This document shows, one piece after another, positions 37,646 to 51,300 of a stretch of 64,000 nucleotides of DNA. Source of the stretch: Perna viridis (Eukaryota); contig CM074513.1 in NCBI GenBank assembly GCA_037379345.1, positions 18,414,001 to 18,478,000 of the forward strand, given 5' to 3'. The number at the start of each line of letters is the position of its first letter. Position 1 is the stretch's first letter. The notes beneath the pieces were generated by a model. The model was not told where the DNA came from. It searched no databases and was given only the letters and a program-made list of their open reading frames with translations. The position numbers were made by a program, and so were the translations under genes.

Positions 37646-39812
37646 ACTTCGTCTGAGTGGACACAAATTACCTTTTGACATTTTAATAAGTAATAAATTG
37701 TAATTTTATGACGGACGATAAAAGCCCGCCCTGAATGCAGCTACGAAAGGACTAATATCATATCAAAATACTCAATCAACTGAAAATGAAGAAACGTTCC
37801 AAGAGTTTTGAAACTGTATTCAAAACACTTATTGGGCGATATTAACCCATTTTCAATTAAACCGTTTTACTGAGGGACTACTGTTGTCTTCAGATTATCT
37901 GGAAAAACAGAAGATGGTGCAGACATTGGAGATTGGACTAGTACAGGATATGTCCGAATGATAAAACGATTCTATTCTGCAACAGGACGTTTAATAGGAA
38001 TCAATTAATCTATGTTAATTTTTTTTCGTTAAGTGATATGACTTATTTAGTCGGTGTGATCATAATCTCATATCATATTTAAGAAGTCAATTAAGACATG
38101 AAAGAAGCCTAAAATGGGAAGAGACAGACGAGGCCGCAAGAAACGCACAAAGCAGAAAAGTGAGTGGGAAACCAATATGCCCCAACGTGATACTTCTGGC
38201 CTGTAGATGAGAAAACCTATGGCAATGCACATTCCGAGACGCCCAATGATGCTGAACAAAAAGAACAGAGAAAACATGAGAATAAAGGTTACAGACCACC
38301 AATTCAACCAATGAGCATTTGGAATGTACGCAAAAATAGTCCTACGCAGAAATTACCCCTTTTCCTCATAGTGCTGTGAAAAAAGTTCGCATCTCATTTA
38401 AAAAATTTAAACAGTTTCTGAAAGGAAAAACATTTCTGTACATTTTATAGGTGCATTTTGGTTCTTGTGATGTGAGGCCCAATCTCCATAATGATTTATA
38501 AATATATCCCTATCATGTGAAAACACTGGGATTTCCCATGCTATTTATAGACACTTCACTTCCGGTGACCAGTACTGCACTGCAAGTCTGCTAACCCCAC
38601 ATGCCATTCTGAGGATTGTGAGCTGACATATGTAGACTTATGCTGATATATAGTCCTCTGCAGGTTAAAGTTAAGGTAAAGTCCAGAGAAGCCATTGAAT
38701 ATTGTGAAATTAGCATAGAAGCTACGGGAAGTGGAATTAGTGGTTTCTAGCCTAAAAACAGTGACAGATAAAAAGACAGGTTCAGCGTGATGAAAGAACA
38801 GCTTCTGCAACGTTATCCATGGTTATTAGTTGTTCTGAATTTGTGCAGGAAGGTGTTATAGGATATGGAGGTAAGGGCAAAAATAAGAATAAAACTGATC
38901 ATTAAATTCTGGTTAAGAAATAAATCACGGAAAGTCCATTTCATCTTGTTTTGTCAAGGGCTGGTCATTTATGTCGCATTTTGTTACCACGAACGATAGC
39001 GAGGAATTTAACAACATATAAATGGCTAGCCCATGGTATAACAATGATAAAAGGAAGTTTCCGTGATTCATTACGATTTTAATAGGACTCGTTTCTTCAT
39101 ATTTTTGAAAAGGCGCAGCCTATGAGTTGCTAGAAATGCTGGTCATGTGTTTGTCACTTTTTCACCATTGTTGCTGTCTGTAGAGTTTCGAAACACGCAA
39201 TATTAGACTTTACAGTGCAAAGTGTATTTTCGAAACTGATTTGTTTTCTGACATGGGATGTTTAAGAGTGCAAATTCAGACAAATTCTTATTCATTTCTT
39301 ATTATTTGCCGAGAATCTTGATATCTATCTTATAATACGATCTTCATATTTAAAAAAAATATGCGTGGTAATTACTTTAAAAAAAATCTTGTAAGAGGAG
39401 ACAAGATTCTGACGTTCTGCAATTGACATGTTCAGAAAGCAAAATATTTGTCGTCTTGCTTGATAAATACTTTTAAATGCAGATATTGACATATGTGTCT
39501 TAATGATTTTATTGATATCTATTTTAAAATGCTGGCATTGAAATATCTTTCATAAATCTGACATTGATATTTGTTTTATACTGCTGGCATTGACATTTGT
39601 TTTAAAATGCTGGCATATATAATATCAATTCGATATATAGTAATTATCAATCAAATATTAAAAACAAACTAATTTCTTAATATTTCATCTCAAGGGAAAG
39701 CTTGCATAAGCTTGGATTTTCCACAGATTACATTTTTCGCAGTCGTCGTGCTTCAAATGTAACTTAAAGACAACAATTGTCGTGGGAACTAAACTTACCT
39801 TTGCTCTTTTAG

Positions 39813-39937
39813 AAACTGCGATACAAAGAGAAGACTCATCAGAAGATGAAATTAGTTATGAAATGGACAGACCAACCCTCCTGAGACAGCTACAGGTGAT
39901 TCTATCGGAACATCCTGACGACGCCCAGATTCTCAGG
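39813..39937 (+). pseudogene. Copy B exon
   Basis: Paralogous to 9055-9179, AG/GT flanks. Confidence 0.85.
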
Positions 39938-40631
39938 GTATGTTTCACATGTACTTTCATAAAAAAAAATTTTGAAGCAGGGAGTACACGTATTTTAAGA
40001 ATAGTATGTGTGGTTTTTTTTTTCTATTGTAACATATAGGATAGATTATAAAACTTAAATTGTTTTCAGACATTTCTACATTAACAAATATTTATATAAA
40101 AATGTAAATCATATAACATAAAGTAATCAAAAGATTATGAAATAAGAATTTTTTAGTACCAAAATAAAGTCGCAATACAAAAAAAGAAAGCTACTGACTA
40201 TCTAAAAACGTTTATTTACCTATAAGACCTAGAATAGGTTTATCTTCTCTGAAACTCACATGAATTACTACGAAAGTTATTAAACATTACACCAAATATG
40301 GTTTTGACCTGCGTTGTAGTAGGAAGTAAGATTTAAATAGTCAGTTAATTGGTTTTGCTAAAGGATTAATTCTTTAGCCTAATCGCTTTGTCTCTGGTTT
40401 GTCCCCGACCGTTCTAGGTTTCCAATGTCGGTGGCAGAGTAATTTTTTTGTCAGTCAAATAATGCTCTCCCGTTACACAACAAAAAGAGTCCGTTACTGC
40501 ATACATATGAAATGTTTATTGGAGTTTTTTTGTACTACTTCGTCTTCTCATTTTTTATTGAGGGGAGACACCTGAATACATTTCTTCCTTCCAATTATAA
40601 TTCGTGGTTTCATTTAACGTTATCTTTACAG

Positions 40632-40739
40632 GAATTAGTTCAAAATGCTGAAAATGCAGGAGCTAATTGTATCAAGATAATGTATGATGACACAGAAAAT
40701 CAACCAAAAAGTACTTCCTCTCTCTGTCAGTATTGTCTG
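40632..40739 (+). pseudogene. Copy B exon (ELVQNAENAGA)
   Basis: Paralogous to 9724-9831. Confidence 0.9.
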
Positions 40740-41399
40740 GTATGCACATTTTTATTGTCTATTCTTGGAAAACAGTTATAACTAATATACTTAGTTTCAT
40801 TTGAACTTACAATTTTGTTAAACTGCGCGTCTATAATTTTTATCAGTAATGGATATTCTTCTAGGGAGGTTATGTACATCATGTTTCATTTGTTATTTAT
40901 TTTGTTTATAGGGTTTGCATGTCTCGTCACGTAACTCAATTGTTTCACGAGAATAGACCCAAATGCATTGAAATTTTCAAGTTACAGAGCATTGAGTACA
41001 ATATTAAAAGCAAAACACTCTATCTTTTACAAGTAACTATAAAAATTACACGTATTTATTTCTACATAGTAAAAGTTAGAAAAAAGCATAAACTAAAGAT
41101 TTTGTTACTTCAGAATTAAACAATAAAATACATATCGATATTTGGAATTCAATACTATAAAATATTTATTTGAAATCAATCATATTTTCATAATGATACT
41201 GTTAAACTGTATTTACATTAAGTTGGTGATTTTAAAAGATCAAATAGCTTATACATTTTGCTGTAAACTTTTAAACACCTATTCTGTTTTAAACTTCCGA
41301 AACACAATGTCGTATATATGTTCATAATAAATACTTATCCATGACAACTTGATTTCTCTTGCTTTAACGTGACTGTGTGGTTTAAAATAACTTTAATAG

Positions 41400-41547
41400 A
41401 GTTCAGGTATAGCTGTTTTTAATGACGAAATGTTTACTGAAAAAGACTGGAAGGGGATTATCAAAATCTATGACAGTATCAAGCAGGACGAGCCTCTCAA
41501 AGTCGGACGATTTGGTCTTGGATTTAAATCAGTGTTTCATATGACAG
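41400..41547 (+). pseudogene. Copy B exon (GRFGLGFKSVFHMT)
   Basis: Paralogous to 10593-10740. Confidence 0.9.
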
Positions 41548-42291
41548 GTACGTAGATTTGTGTGTATGATCCAAAGGATGTTTGGAACAAGGCATCCGAA
41601 AATTAGTGTACAACTACATGATTTTTTCGTGAAAATATTATGTTTATTTAGATGAAATCATCAGTATGCGGTAATATTTCATCGATATCTGATATTCTCA
41701 GTATCATGGATGTCTTTTTCTGCAAACAACCGGCATCCTGTCGAGAAACCATTGTGCGCCTATTCTATTGATCTTTTGTAGATTCCTAGAGACATTTCAA
41801 AATAGATGATAAATCGCATTTTTAAACATTCCTTTTCGATTCACAGATGTTTAGCACTGTGAGCTAGCACCGCCTGTCCGTGTTGTATAGTAAAAAAGAG
41901 AATTTGCTCGATTGATCAAACGCTTTTATCCAGAAGTCTTGAACTGTAAGAAACAGAACATTTGATTAGAATCTATCTATGTTATTTTGAATTTCTTGGT
42001 GTAATTATAATCTCATAATTTCATGAATATTGGTCGACTTTCTTCACCTCATCAACCCAATAGAGTTTGAAATAAAAGACAAGACAGACACGAAGGAATT
42101 ATGTTTTCCTTGATTTGTATAAGACTTTGAAAACTATGAACACTTGAACTTCCCAATTGTCAGTAAAACTTTCATCTGATTGACCGATATGAAGTGTCCG
42201 ATATAATAAACGACCTCATCGTTGTCTTAACTTCTTGACTTGTCTATAAAAGTCTAACTCATATCCTAGTAGTTCTATAAACAACATACAT

Positions 42292-42944
42292 GGTGCACTA
42301 TACAGTTACATTAAGGCGCACTGTTTTGCACACCAAGTTACCCCCGTCAAGTTTTGTAAAATTTAAAAGTTAAAATGGTGGATATATTGTTTGAATGTAG
42401 ATAAGCATTTATACATAGACAGATGTAATATATGTTATGGTAAACAGGTGTAATTTAAATGAAGAATGGTAACCGGAACATTTCAGTCCCCTGCCGTATT
42501 AGGTTCTCTCCTCAGTATCAGCATGGCTGATTTTCAAAATACCTTTTTTCGCAAGAACTTTTGGAACTAAAATTGTGGGAGAATGAATCGAAAAGGGTCT
42601 TATTATTTTTACCACTTTTCATGCTTTCATCCTGTGGTAGTGACTCAGTGCCTGATATTTTATAAAACATAGTATTCGGCTGTTAGTTTTAGAAAGGCAC
42701 CCCTGCTGTGTACTAAAACTCAGTATTTTTTTCAGTATGTTACAATGGATACTGGATTTTATAACAATAATCACTAAATTACTTATAAATGACTTGAACC
42801 TCCATACACCAAGCATTCAAAAATATGCATTTTTTTTTATGACAAAACACTAGAAATTTCTGTGCAGCGCACTGCCTCAAAACAATTTTATTTCAACAAA
42901 TTGAGACCAAATTTTCAGAAATGACTTAACTGTATTGTACTACC
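42292..42944. mobile_element. Non-autonomous DNA transposon (MITE) in a copy B intron
   Basis: Absent from the paralogous copy A site (~11418); imperfect TIRs GGTGCACTATACAGTTA / TAACTGTATTGTACTACC. Confidence 0.75.
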
Positions 42945-43467
42945 TTAGATGGATTTCTATTAATTCGGTCACTTACGATTTAGCGTCAAATAATCCGTCA
43001 GGAACTGAAAATTTGTTGTAGCAACTCCGTCACACTATAAAACAAGAACAATGATCGTAAACAGACCGATAGTATATGTCAAATGGTAATCATTTTGACA
43101 AACATCACTGACTTGTACATAACTGTTGCAGTTTTGCTGAAAATGTCAAAAAGTAACAATCACTAACAAGCTGCAATATTTGAAATATATTATCGTATTT
43201 TCTCTTGCTTGACACTGTGTCGGGGATGAGAACTTTTGGTTTCTACAAATGGTAAACTATTATAACCCTGTCCAGTTCTACTATTCTCTTATAGCACTTG
43301 CAATAAAGACTATTGTTTTGTCTGGATTATAATGATTATTTCTTAGTGTTTTTACCATTAACACGTAAAAATTCCAATCCATCACCAAATTGAATTAGTG
43401 TGGTTTGTAAGTTTAACTTAACTATATATCTTAAGTTAGTGCACATTTTTTTAATTCTTTTGTATAG

Positions 43468-44992
43468 ATAGTCCAGTGATTGTAAGTGGAAAAAAACTCC
43501 TGGTTATTGATCCAATAAGATCCGAGAAAGGAAAATGAAGTCGGGGAGTACTCATTGAAAAAAGTGATGAAGCACCACGATCCAAAGTCAACACTAGCTT
43601 GTATAATGAACTGGTTCGGATTTAATGTCGAGGCCTTAGAAAACCAGTTTTTGTACAAGGGTACATTATTCTGGTTCCCTCTTCGACGGACTGAAAGTAG
43701 TCTGTCAACAACAATTTATACTCCTACGAAGGTAGAAATGTTGCTGCATTCATTTACAAAAGAAGCCACATACAATCTTCTATTTCTAAAACATTTGGAA
43801 GATAGAAATCTTTGACAAGGGAAGAAAACAAGAACCATACTACCAACTTAAAATGATTGGGGTAGATGCAGCAAGCTTTAAAGTGGAAAGGACACAATTC
43901 AAAGACAAACTTGCCGGTTTAGAAAAGGAGTTGCCAACGGAAATCATCAAGTCAAAGTCTGAAGTGGTGATTAAAACTAATGAAGCTGAAGAAAACTTCC
44001 ATGTTGTCATTTTTATTTGGTACAAAGACAATCCCAGAAGAGATGAGAGACTTACTTTATGACAAACACTTACGCTACAGCCCCTATACAGGTATTGCAT
44101 ACTGTACAAAGTCGAGCCTCGACAGAAAACCGCCTGGACACATATTTTGTTTTTCACCGACCAAAGTATGACTGGTCTTCCCTATCATGTAGATGTTTTT
44201 TTTGCCCTTGAGCACAACAGACGTCATTTAAAAGAGGCGGCTTCAAACTGCGAAACTAAGGACAGTGATAAGTGCCTGCTGTGGAATGACAAAATGATTT
44301 CCGATTTGTTACCGGAGACATTCAGGATACTTATACATCAGCTGAAGGCAAAAAGTGAGACTGGTAAAAACACAACAGAGCTAGTCAATGATGTATATAA
44401 TTCAGTTCCCAACCCAGATATGTTCACTCATACTGGACACCTATGTTGGAACAACTGTACAACATTTTTTCAGATGATGGATTTTTCTTTTCCAGTCAAG
44501 AAAATGGAAAATGGATCAAACTGTCAGAAGCACTAGTTGCATATTTTGATGACAGAGTTAACACAAATATTCAATTAACCGTAAAGAAACTTCTCCTGGA
44601 CTCCGGTACTGACTTAGTTGAGCTGCCTGATCACATGACACTAGTTCTGAAATGCATGAAACGTAAGCCCAATAAGATAAAACCAGAATTTATTGCCAAT
44701 CACATGAGGGAAACAGATTGTTGGAAAGATTATACCTACAATCAGAAACTACAGAAACTACAAGTTTTGGAGTTTGTGCTTAATATTGGTGACTTAAAAT
44801 TTCTCAACAATATCCAGATTTTCCCTTTGAAAAGTAGAACATTTATTGAGTTCCGATACAGGACGAGGGACAAGATATTTGTTACCGAAGACAAGGTGTC
44901 CAATCTTTTCGTTGGTTTGGAAGATAGATCCGTGTCCAGGAATGATGTGTCAGAAGCTATATGGGAAAAGCTTGGAAACATAGCTGACGAAG
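43468..44992 (+). pseudogene. Copy B exon completing SR1 (missing in copy A)
   Basis: TAG acceptor; DSPVIVSGKKLLVIDP, GTLFWFPLR, TGLPYHV..FFALEHNRRHL; GAAG|GTAAGA donor; several frameshifts. Confidence 0.88.
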
Positions 44993-45322
44993 GTAAGAAA
45001 CGCAAGGATACTTTAGTGCTACTATGATTCAGCAATTTATTCGTTTAATCAGAGTTTCCTTTTGGTAAAAGAAATGTTGCATCGCAATTTTAAAGCCTTC
45101 ATAAAAATTGCATAAATATAAATATGTGATCTTTAGTCTCACCAATCAATCCTGCTTGTTTCGTATGTTGAAGAATTAATTCTTTAACAGAGTCTGGTAT
45201 ATTATATAATAACCACTTTGAATTACACGTTTGTAGAAATGAAACAAATTCAATAAAAGCTGGTACAATAGGTGTCATAGAAATCTGTAGAAAAATGGTG
45301 TTTAGGTTTGTTTTCTTAAGAT

Positions 45323-48300
45323 ATGATTGCAGAAAACTTCACAAAACAATCAAATCATATGTTTGTATCAAACAACTCGAACAAATTTGACATAGAATGG
45401 ATAAAACACATGTGGAAGGTGATAGCTTTTACAGATTTTCCAGTTCTTACCGATTTTAAAGCCTTGCCAATCATCCCACTGATTAAACATGATAGTGGCA
45501 AAGTTCGAGAATTTCTAACATTAAAAGGGCTATACATACAACCTTTGGACAATAAGGAAAGTCATGTCATTGGCAGCGTTCTTCGAATAATGGGAGTATT
45601 GCAAGTTCCTGAGCATGGCACTATAACATTTCCACATGGTGATGTCTTTGGAAAGTATATATTGCATCCAACTGATGAAAATGTCATGAAAATTCTGAAC
45701 GAAAGCTTGTCAAACTCATCAACAGCTGATACAGCGGACTCAATCAACGAGTCTCTAAATAGGGAAGAAAAAATCATGCTTGCTTCCTATTTGGAGGATC
45801 ATGTAACGATCATTCCAAAGGAAACACATAGATTACTCAGGAAATTTAAAATGTTCAGTTTTCATGACAATGTTTTAAAGTCAGATTTGGTGTCTCTAGA
45901 AGAGAACAGCGAAGTACTTGACGACTTTGAATTGCAGTTTCCTCAAGGTCTTGCATATCCTAGAAAACTGATACAATGTGAACATCTAAAACTGGCCAAA
46001 CTTCTCGATGCTAATGTAGTGAGTGAGAAGAAAATCATTACTGATGCTTTGACATTGATGGTTGATAAAAACCAAATGTATACAATTGAAGATATAATAG
46101 CATTAATGAAATATCTTCAAAGAGTAATCAAGGGAACCAAGGTTATAGCGGTAATCAAAAGAATGTAATCCAGGGACAAAGACCAGACATGGACAACAAA
46201 CACACAACAAAGAAAACAAAGTAACTAAAATCATACATACAAAGTAAAAAAGTAAATGAGCAACTCGGACTCCACTAAAAACTGGGAGCATAGACCAGGT
46301 GCACTGGTAGGATAAACGTCCTCTGCTTTTCTAGAAACACCCGCCGAGTTGCTCATAAAAAGTCAAGTCCGGGGTAGACAAACGAGGAAAGGAAAACTAT
46401 GACCCGTTGAATAAATCAGTTTTCATGGTGTTAATAAGTACACCATAACGATCCACGAGTTCATGATAACGACCATAAAACTTCTGTAGTGATGACTTCA
46501 ATCTTGTAGCAACATAACCCTGTTCCAGAAGCCTATTTTGTTAGAGTTCTAGCGCGATACGAAACGTCTGCGTAGTTTTGGCAAGCTCAAAGCATAACGT
46601 ATGAGTTGCGATATGAACACTCCATACTTCAAAACCCGGACAAAATTGTTATTCTGAACGGTGTTCTAGACCAAGTTAAACAGTTGAAATTTGTTCGTGC
46701 CTTGGACAAAACCTATCATGTCCCCATGGATCTTTTTAATCCAGCAAACAATGTTTTAAAAACATTATTTTATGACCAAGAAGCATTTCCTGATGAAAAG
46801 TTTTTGGAGGAAAATGGATTGGAACTCGAATTGCTCGAAAAATTGGGATTAAAGGGATTTGACAATACTACCTCACCGGACTTCATAAGCGTTGCGAATA
46901 GAATTCACCAGTTACAGTCCAATGGTAGTGAAGATGATACAAGTATCCAACAAAAAGCAGAAGTAATGAGTGAATGCCTGAGACAGCGATTGAATGTTCT
47001 TTCTGAAACAATGCTGGAAGAGATTAAACATCTTTCTTGGATAACACCTCTTAGGGTTCCCCCTGAAGGATATCCCAGTGAACTTCCTAGGTGGAATGAA
47101 GATCTGTTTTGTTGCCCTGCTGATGTAAAAAGTATGAAATTCAAGTACATAATAGGATCAAGTGTGCCACTTGTTGACAATAATCAATTTCCTGAATTAG
47201 CTGTTAAGTATTATAGAACGAATATCAGAAGAAGACTTTGCTGTTTTACAAAAAATGCAATGTATCCCATCTGGAAATACTGGTTTTAAATACCCAAACA
47301 TGGTAGTTATGAAGATAGATAGAAAAATAGTAAACTACAACTTGGAACCATTTTTGTTTGAAATGGCAACTGAGGCAGATCTTTTCAGCGGAACATGCTT
47401 GGAGCTGGGAATGTGGGAGGAAATAGATTTCGATGTTCTTAAATTAATTCTGGAACGTATTGACTCGAATTACAAAAGAGAAAAGGACAAAGCATGGTGC
47501 ATTGGTGGATGCGAGGCTCATACTGACATGTCCTTAGTAACAAGCGCGTTAAGGACAATAGTTGACATGAAGATCGAGAAGTCACGTTTAGTGAACCTTT
47601 TAGTACCCATTGTGAGTGATAAAGAAGTTTTGTCATTTGAACCTGTTGAAAAATGCACGTACTCTTCAGGAAAAAGTTTTCTTTCTGTCAGTAATTCACA
47701 GGATGAAGATGAAAAAAATGGAAGTGACAAGATAATTTACAATCATCCAGATATCAGTGAACTGGCACCTAAACTTGGAGTGGCGTCTGTCACTAAACGT
47801 TTCATGGTTGGTCAAAACACAGCTCCGATGGCGTGGGGTCAGGAAGAAAAGCTAACCACAAGAATCGCAGGATTACTTGACAGCTATATTGATGGACTGG
47901 CTGTGTTGAAAGAGCTAATTCAGAACAGTTACGATGCATGTGCGACAAAGGTGAACGTCCTGTATGATGAACGAAATAATTTGGACATGCGCGACGAATT
48001 GTTTGATCCAGATATGTCAAGGTCAAGCTCTCTGGATTTACAATGATGCTATGTTTGAGGAAAAAGATTTTGAGAATATAATCAAGCTTGGCGGTAAAAC
48101 AAAAATAGTGGACACAGAGAAGATTGGAAAGTTCGGCCTTGGATTCTGTTCAGTGTACAATATTACTGATGTACCAAGTTTTGTCAGTGGGAAGTCGAAG
48201 TCTATGGTTATATTTGATCCGCATTTATGTCACCTAGGTGAAGCTGCTATAGGCTCTAATCCTGATCTCCGAATTCCATTGACAACAGGGTACAAGAAAA

Positions 48301-51300
48301 ACTTTCCAAACCAATTCACTCCTTTCAACAATGTGTTTGGCTGTAATCTTGAGTCTTCAAACAAAAAATGAATGCGATTCGATATTATTCCGTTTGCCAC
48401 TTCGTACCCAGAAGCAAGCGGAAAGGGGAGAAATAAAAAATATGCCTTACACTAAAAGAGAGGTTATTGAATTATTGCAGAAGTTCTTAGAAGGTGCAGG
48501 GAATGTGCTTTTGTTTACTCAAAACGTAACAGAGGTTTGTATCTACCACTTGACCAACACAGCACAAATCCAGACTCAGATATGAAACCTGTTTTCAGAG
48601 TTTCGAAGAATGACGTGACAAAGTCGGGGACCGTTTACAATGTGTTACAGGATGTTACCTCGCTCATGAAAAATGACGATATTTCATACACTAGACTACC
48701 TTCACACTTCATCGATATAGACATACAAGTCTTTGAATACGCAACTCAGCTGTTCCCCAGCTTCGGTCCAAAATGTCAAGAACTAAATGTGTCATGGATG
48801 ATTTCTTGGTCAACAAGAAGACGTTCCTTTGCATTGGCTAAGGAACTCTCTGAACAAGGAGCAATTCCCGTGGAGAGTGTCGCCGTACCTGTTTCAAGAA
48901 AGGGGGAAGAAGTCACATGCTTCCATTAAATGAACAATCTACCTGAAATTGGATTTTACAAAAGTAGTTATATTTTCTGCTTCTTATCTTTGCCAGAGAA
49001 AACAAATCTTCCTGTTCATATCAATGGTTGTTTTAATGTAGAACAAGACCGGAAGAGAATTGTGTGCCATAACGAAGATGACAAAGATACAATCAATACT
49101 CAATGGAATGATAATATGCTTGAGGATGTAATACCAAGTGCTTATTTGGATCTATTGGTTTCAGTCATGGATAGACACACCAACGCTGTACTGGAGGACG
49201 ATTATTGGACGTTATGGCCCAAACTTACGGATGGACCAAGGCAACGTACGGACTCATTAATCGAGTCCTTTTATAGAAGAATCTTGACAGAACCTTATCC
49301 ACCAGCTTTCTATCGAAAGCAAGAATGGAAATTAGCCAAGGTGTGTTCTATTAAACATTGTATTTTCCTGGAACCATCATTTCGTTGTTCAAAGTTGAAT
49401 GGCGATTATGCAATTGAATGTTTATTTAAATTCTTTGCTGATGATGGCGGTGGTAAAATGGTTATGGACATGCAAATGGAGGTGTATGAAACATTTAAGA
49501 AGACCTGCGGAGATAAAATCAAGAATGTTGACAATTGTATGATTACAAAAACAAAATTCTTTGAAGTTTTCTTTTTTTCATTTTTGAAAGACTCATATTG
49601 GGAGCAAAAAGACATGCTGGAAAATAGAAATGCCTTGATAAAAGAAGCTTTAGATGACCCTGATCTCCATCATTTCGTCAAAATGTGGGCGTGCATTCCC
49701 GTGAAACAATTAAATGGTGTCGAAAATATTTTAAAAATGACAAGTGATTTAGTACACGAAAAAGGATTAGTAAATGCACTTTTTGATAAAAGTGATAATC
49801 GTTTTCCTATTGATGACTTTCAGGAATATTCAAAGCAGTTCCTACATTTAGGTATGATGGATACCAAGATACGATCTGAGATACTTGACTGTTGAAAGAG
49901 CACAATCAGTGTCAAGATTGACATTTGAGCAAGCCGTTTTAAGGTCAAATGCAATCCTGAACTACATTAGTCAGAATGATACATCCCATTCTGATGTAAA
50001 AGAAAAATTGTGGATCATTCCTTTCTTTCCAGTGAGGACAAAACCAGACAACTGGACTCTAAGATGGCAAGCCGACATGCTACCCAGAGAAACATTGTTA
50101 CCACCAGTGGATATGTATAGTCCAGTTGATAGAAATAAAGTTGGGTCGGTCGGGTACATTGCAATGGACATGAAAGATTCCATACATTTCACCATTTTAA
50201 ATAAAGCAATTCGGTTTTTACAGTTCAAATGTGTAAATTTGATTGACGCAGTAGCTCAACATGAAATGATTGGTAAAGAATCTTTGATTTTTTCAAAGGA
50301 TCTGAAGATCATATTAAAGATCTGTATTCAGAATTGAATAAATTATTTGCGATATCACCAGAAAATAGAGACATTGAAGAGCGCCCAATTGCATTGAGAG
50401 ATCAATATGTCATTTGTTTATCATCAAAAATTGTAAAACCAAATCAGGTTTCTGAAAATATTGTTGGAGATTGCTCACCTTACTTGTACAAAATAGTTCT
50501 TACGGAAAACGAAACTTTGTGGGAACGAATGAAAATTAATAAGAGGTTTGACAGCAGTAAATTTCTTCAAAACCTCAAAGATGGAGGAAAAAGGCGTTGA
50601 AGGCATGGTAAACATACTGAAAAAATTGTGTTCAGCTATTGAATATGACAGCTCTATATCGGCAGTAGAAAGGAAAAGATTGTTTATACCTGACGAACAA
50701 TGCTTTTTACATCCAATAACGGAAATATGCTTTGATGATATGTACGAAGTTCAGCTACGGGGATGTAAATATGTAAAAATAGTTCACCCGTCTATCAATC
50801 AGACCGTTATTAAAACACTGGGAATAATGTCAAAACGGAAATTTCATCTTTCTAAATTTTCATGTGGAATCCCTTTTGGAAAAAAGGAGAAGCTAGTTAC
50901 TCGGCTTAAAGGAATAATTTCTGCCTATCTTCGCGATCATTTGATACTGAATGAACTACTACAGAATGCTGATGATGCAGGAGCTAGCGATATCCATTTC
51001 ATTCTCGACCGTCGACAACACAGAACTAAACATATTTTTTGACGATAGTTGGAAACCACTACAAGGACCGGCACTATGTGTTTTTAATGACACATGTTTT
51101 TCAGAGAATGATTTAGTAGGAATCCAAAATCTCAGGGAAGGCAGTAAAAGTGACGACCCTACAAAAACTGGAAAATTTAGCGTTGGTTTTAATTCTGTCT
51201 ATCACTTAACGGACGTTCCGTCATTTCTATCAAAAGGACCTCAGACCCCAAATGGTGGAACGTTCTGTGTTTTCGATCCTCATTGCAAATATGTTCCAAA

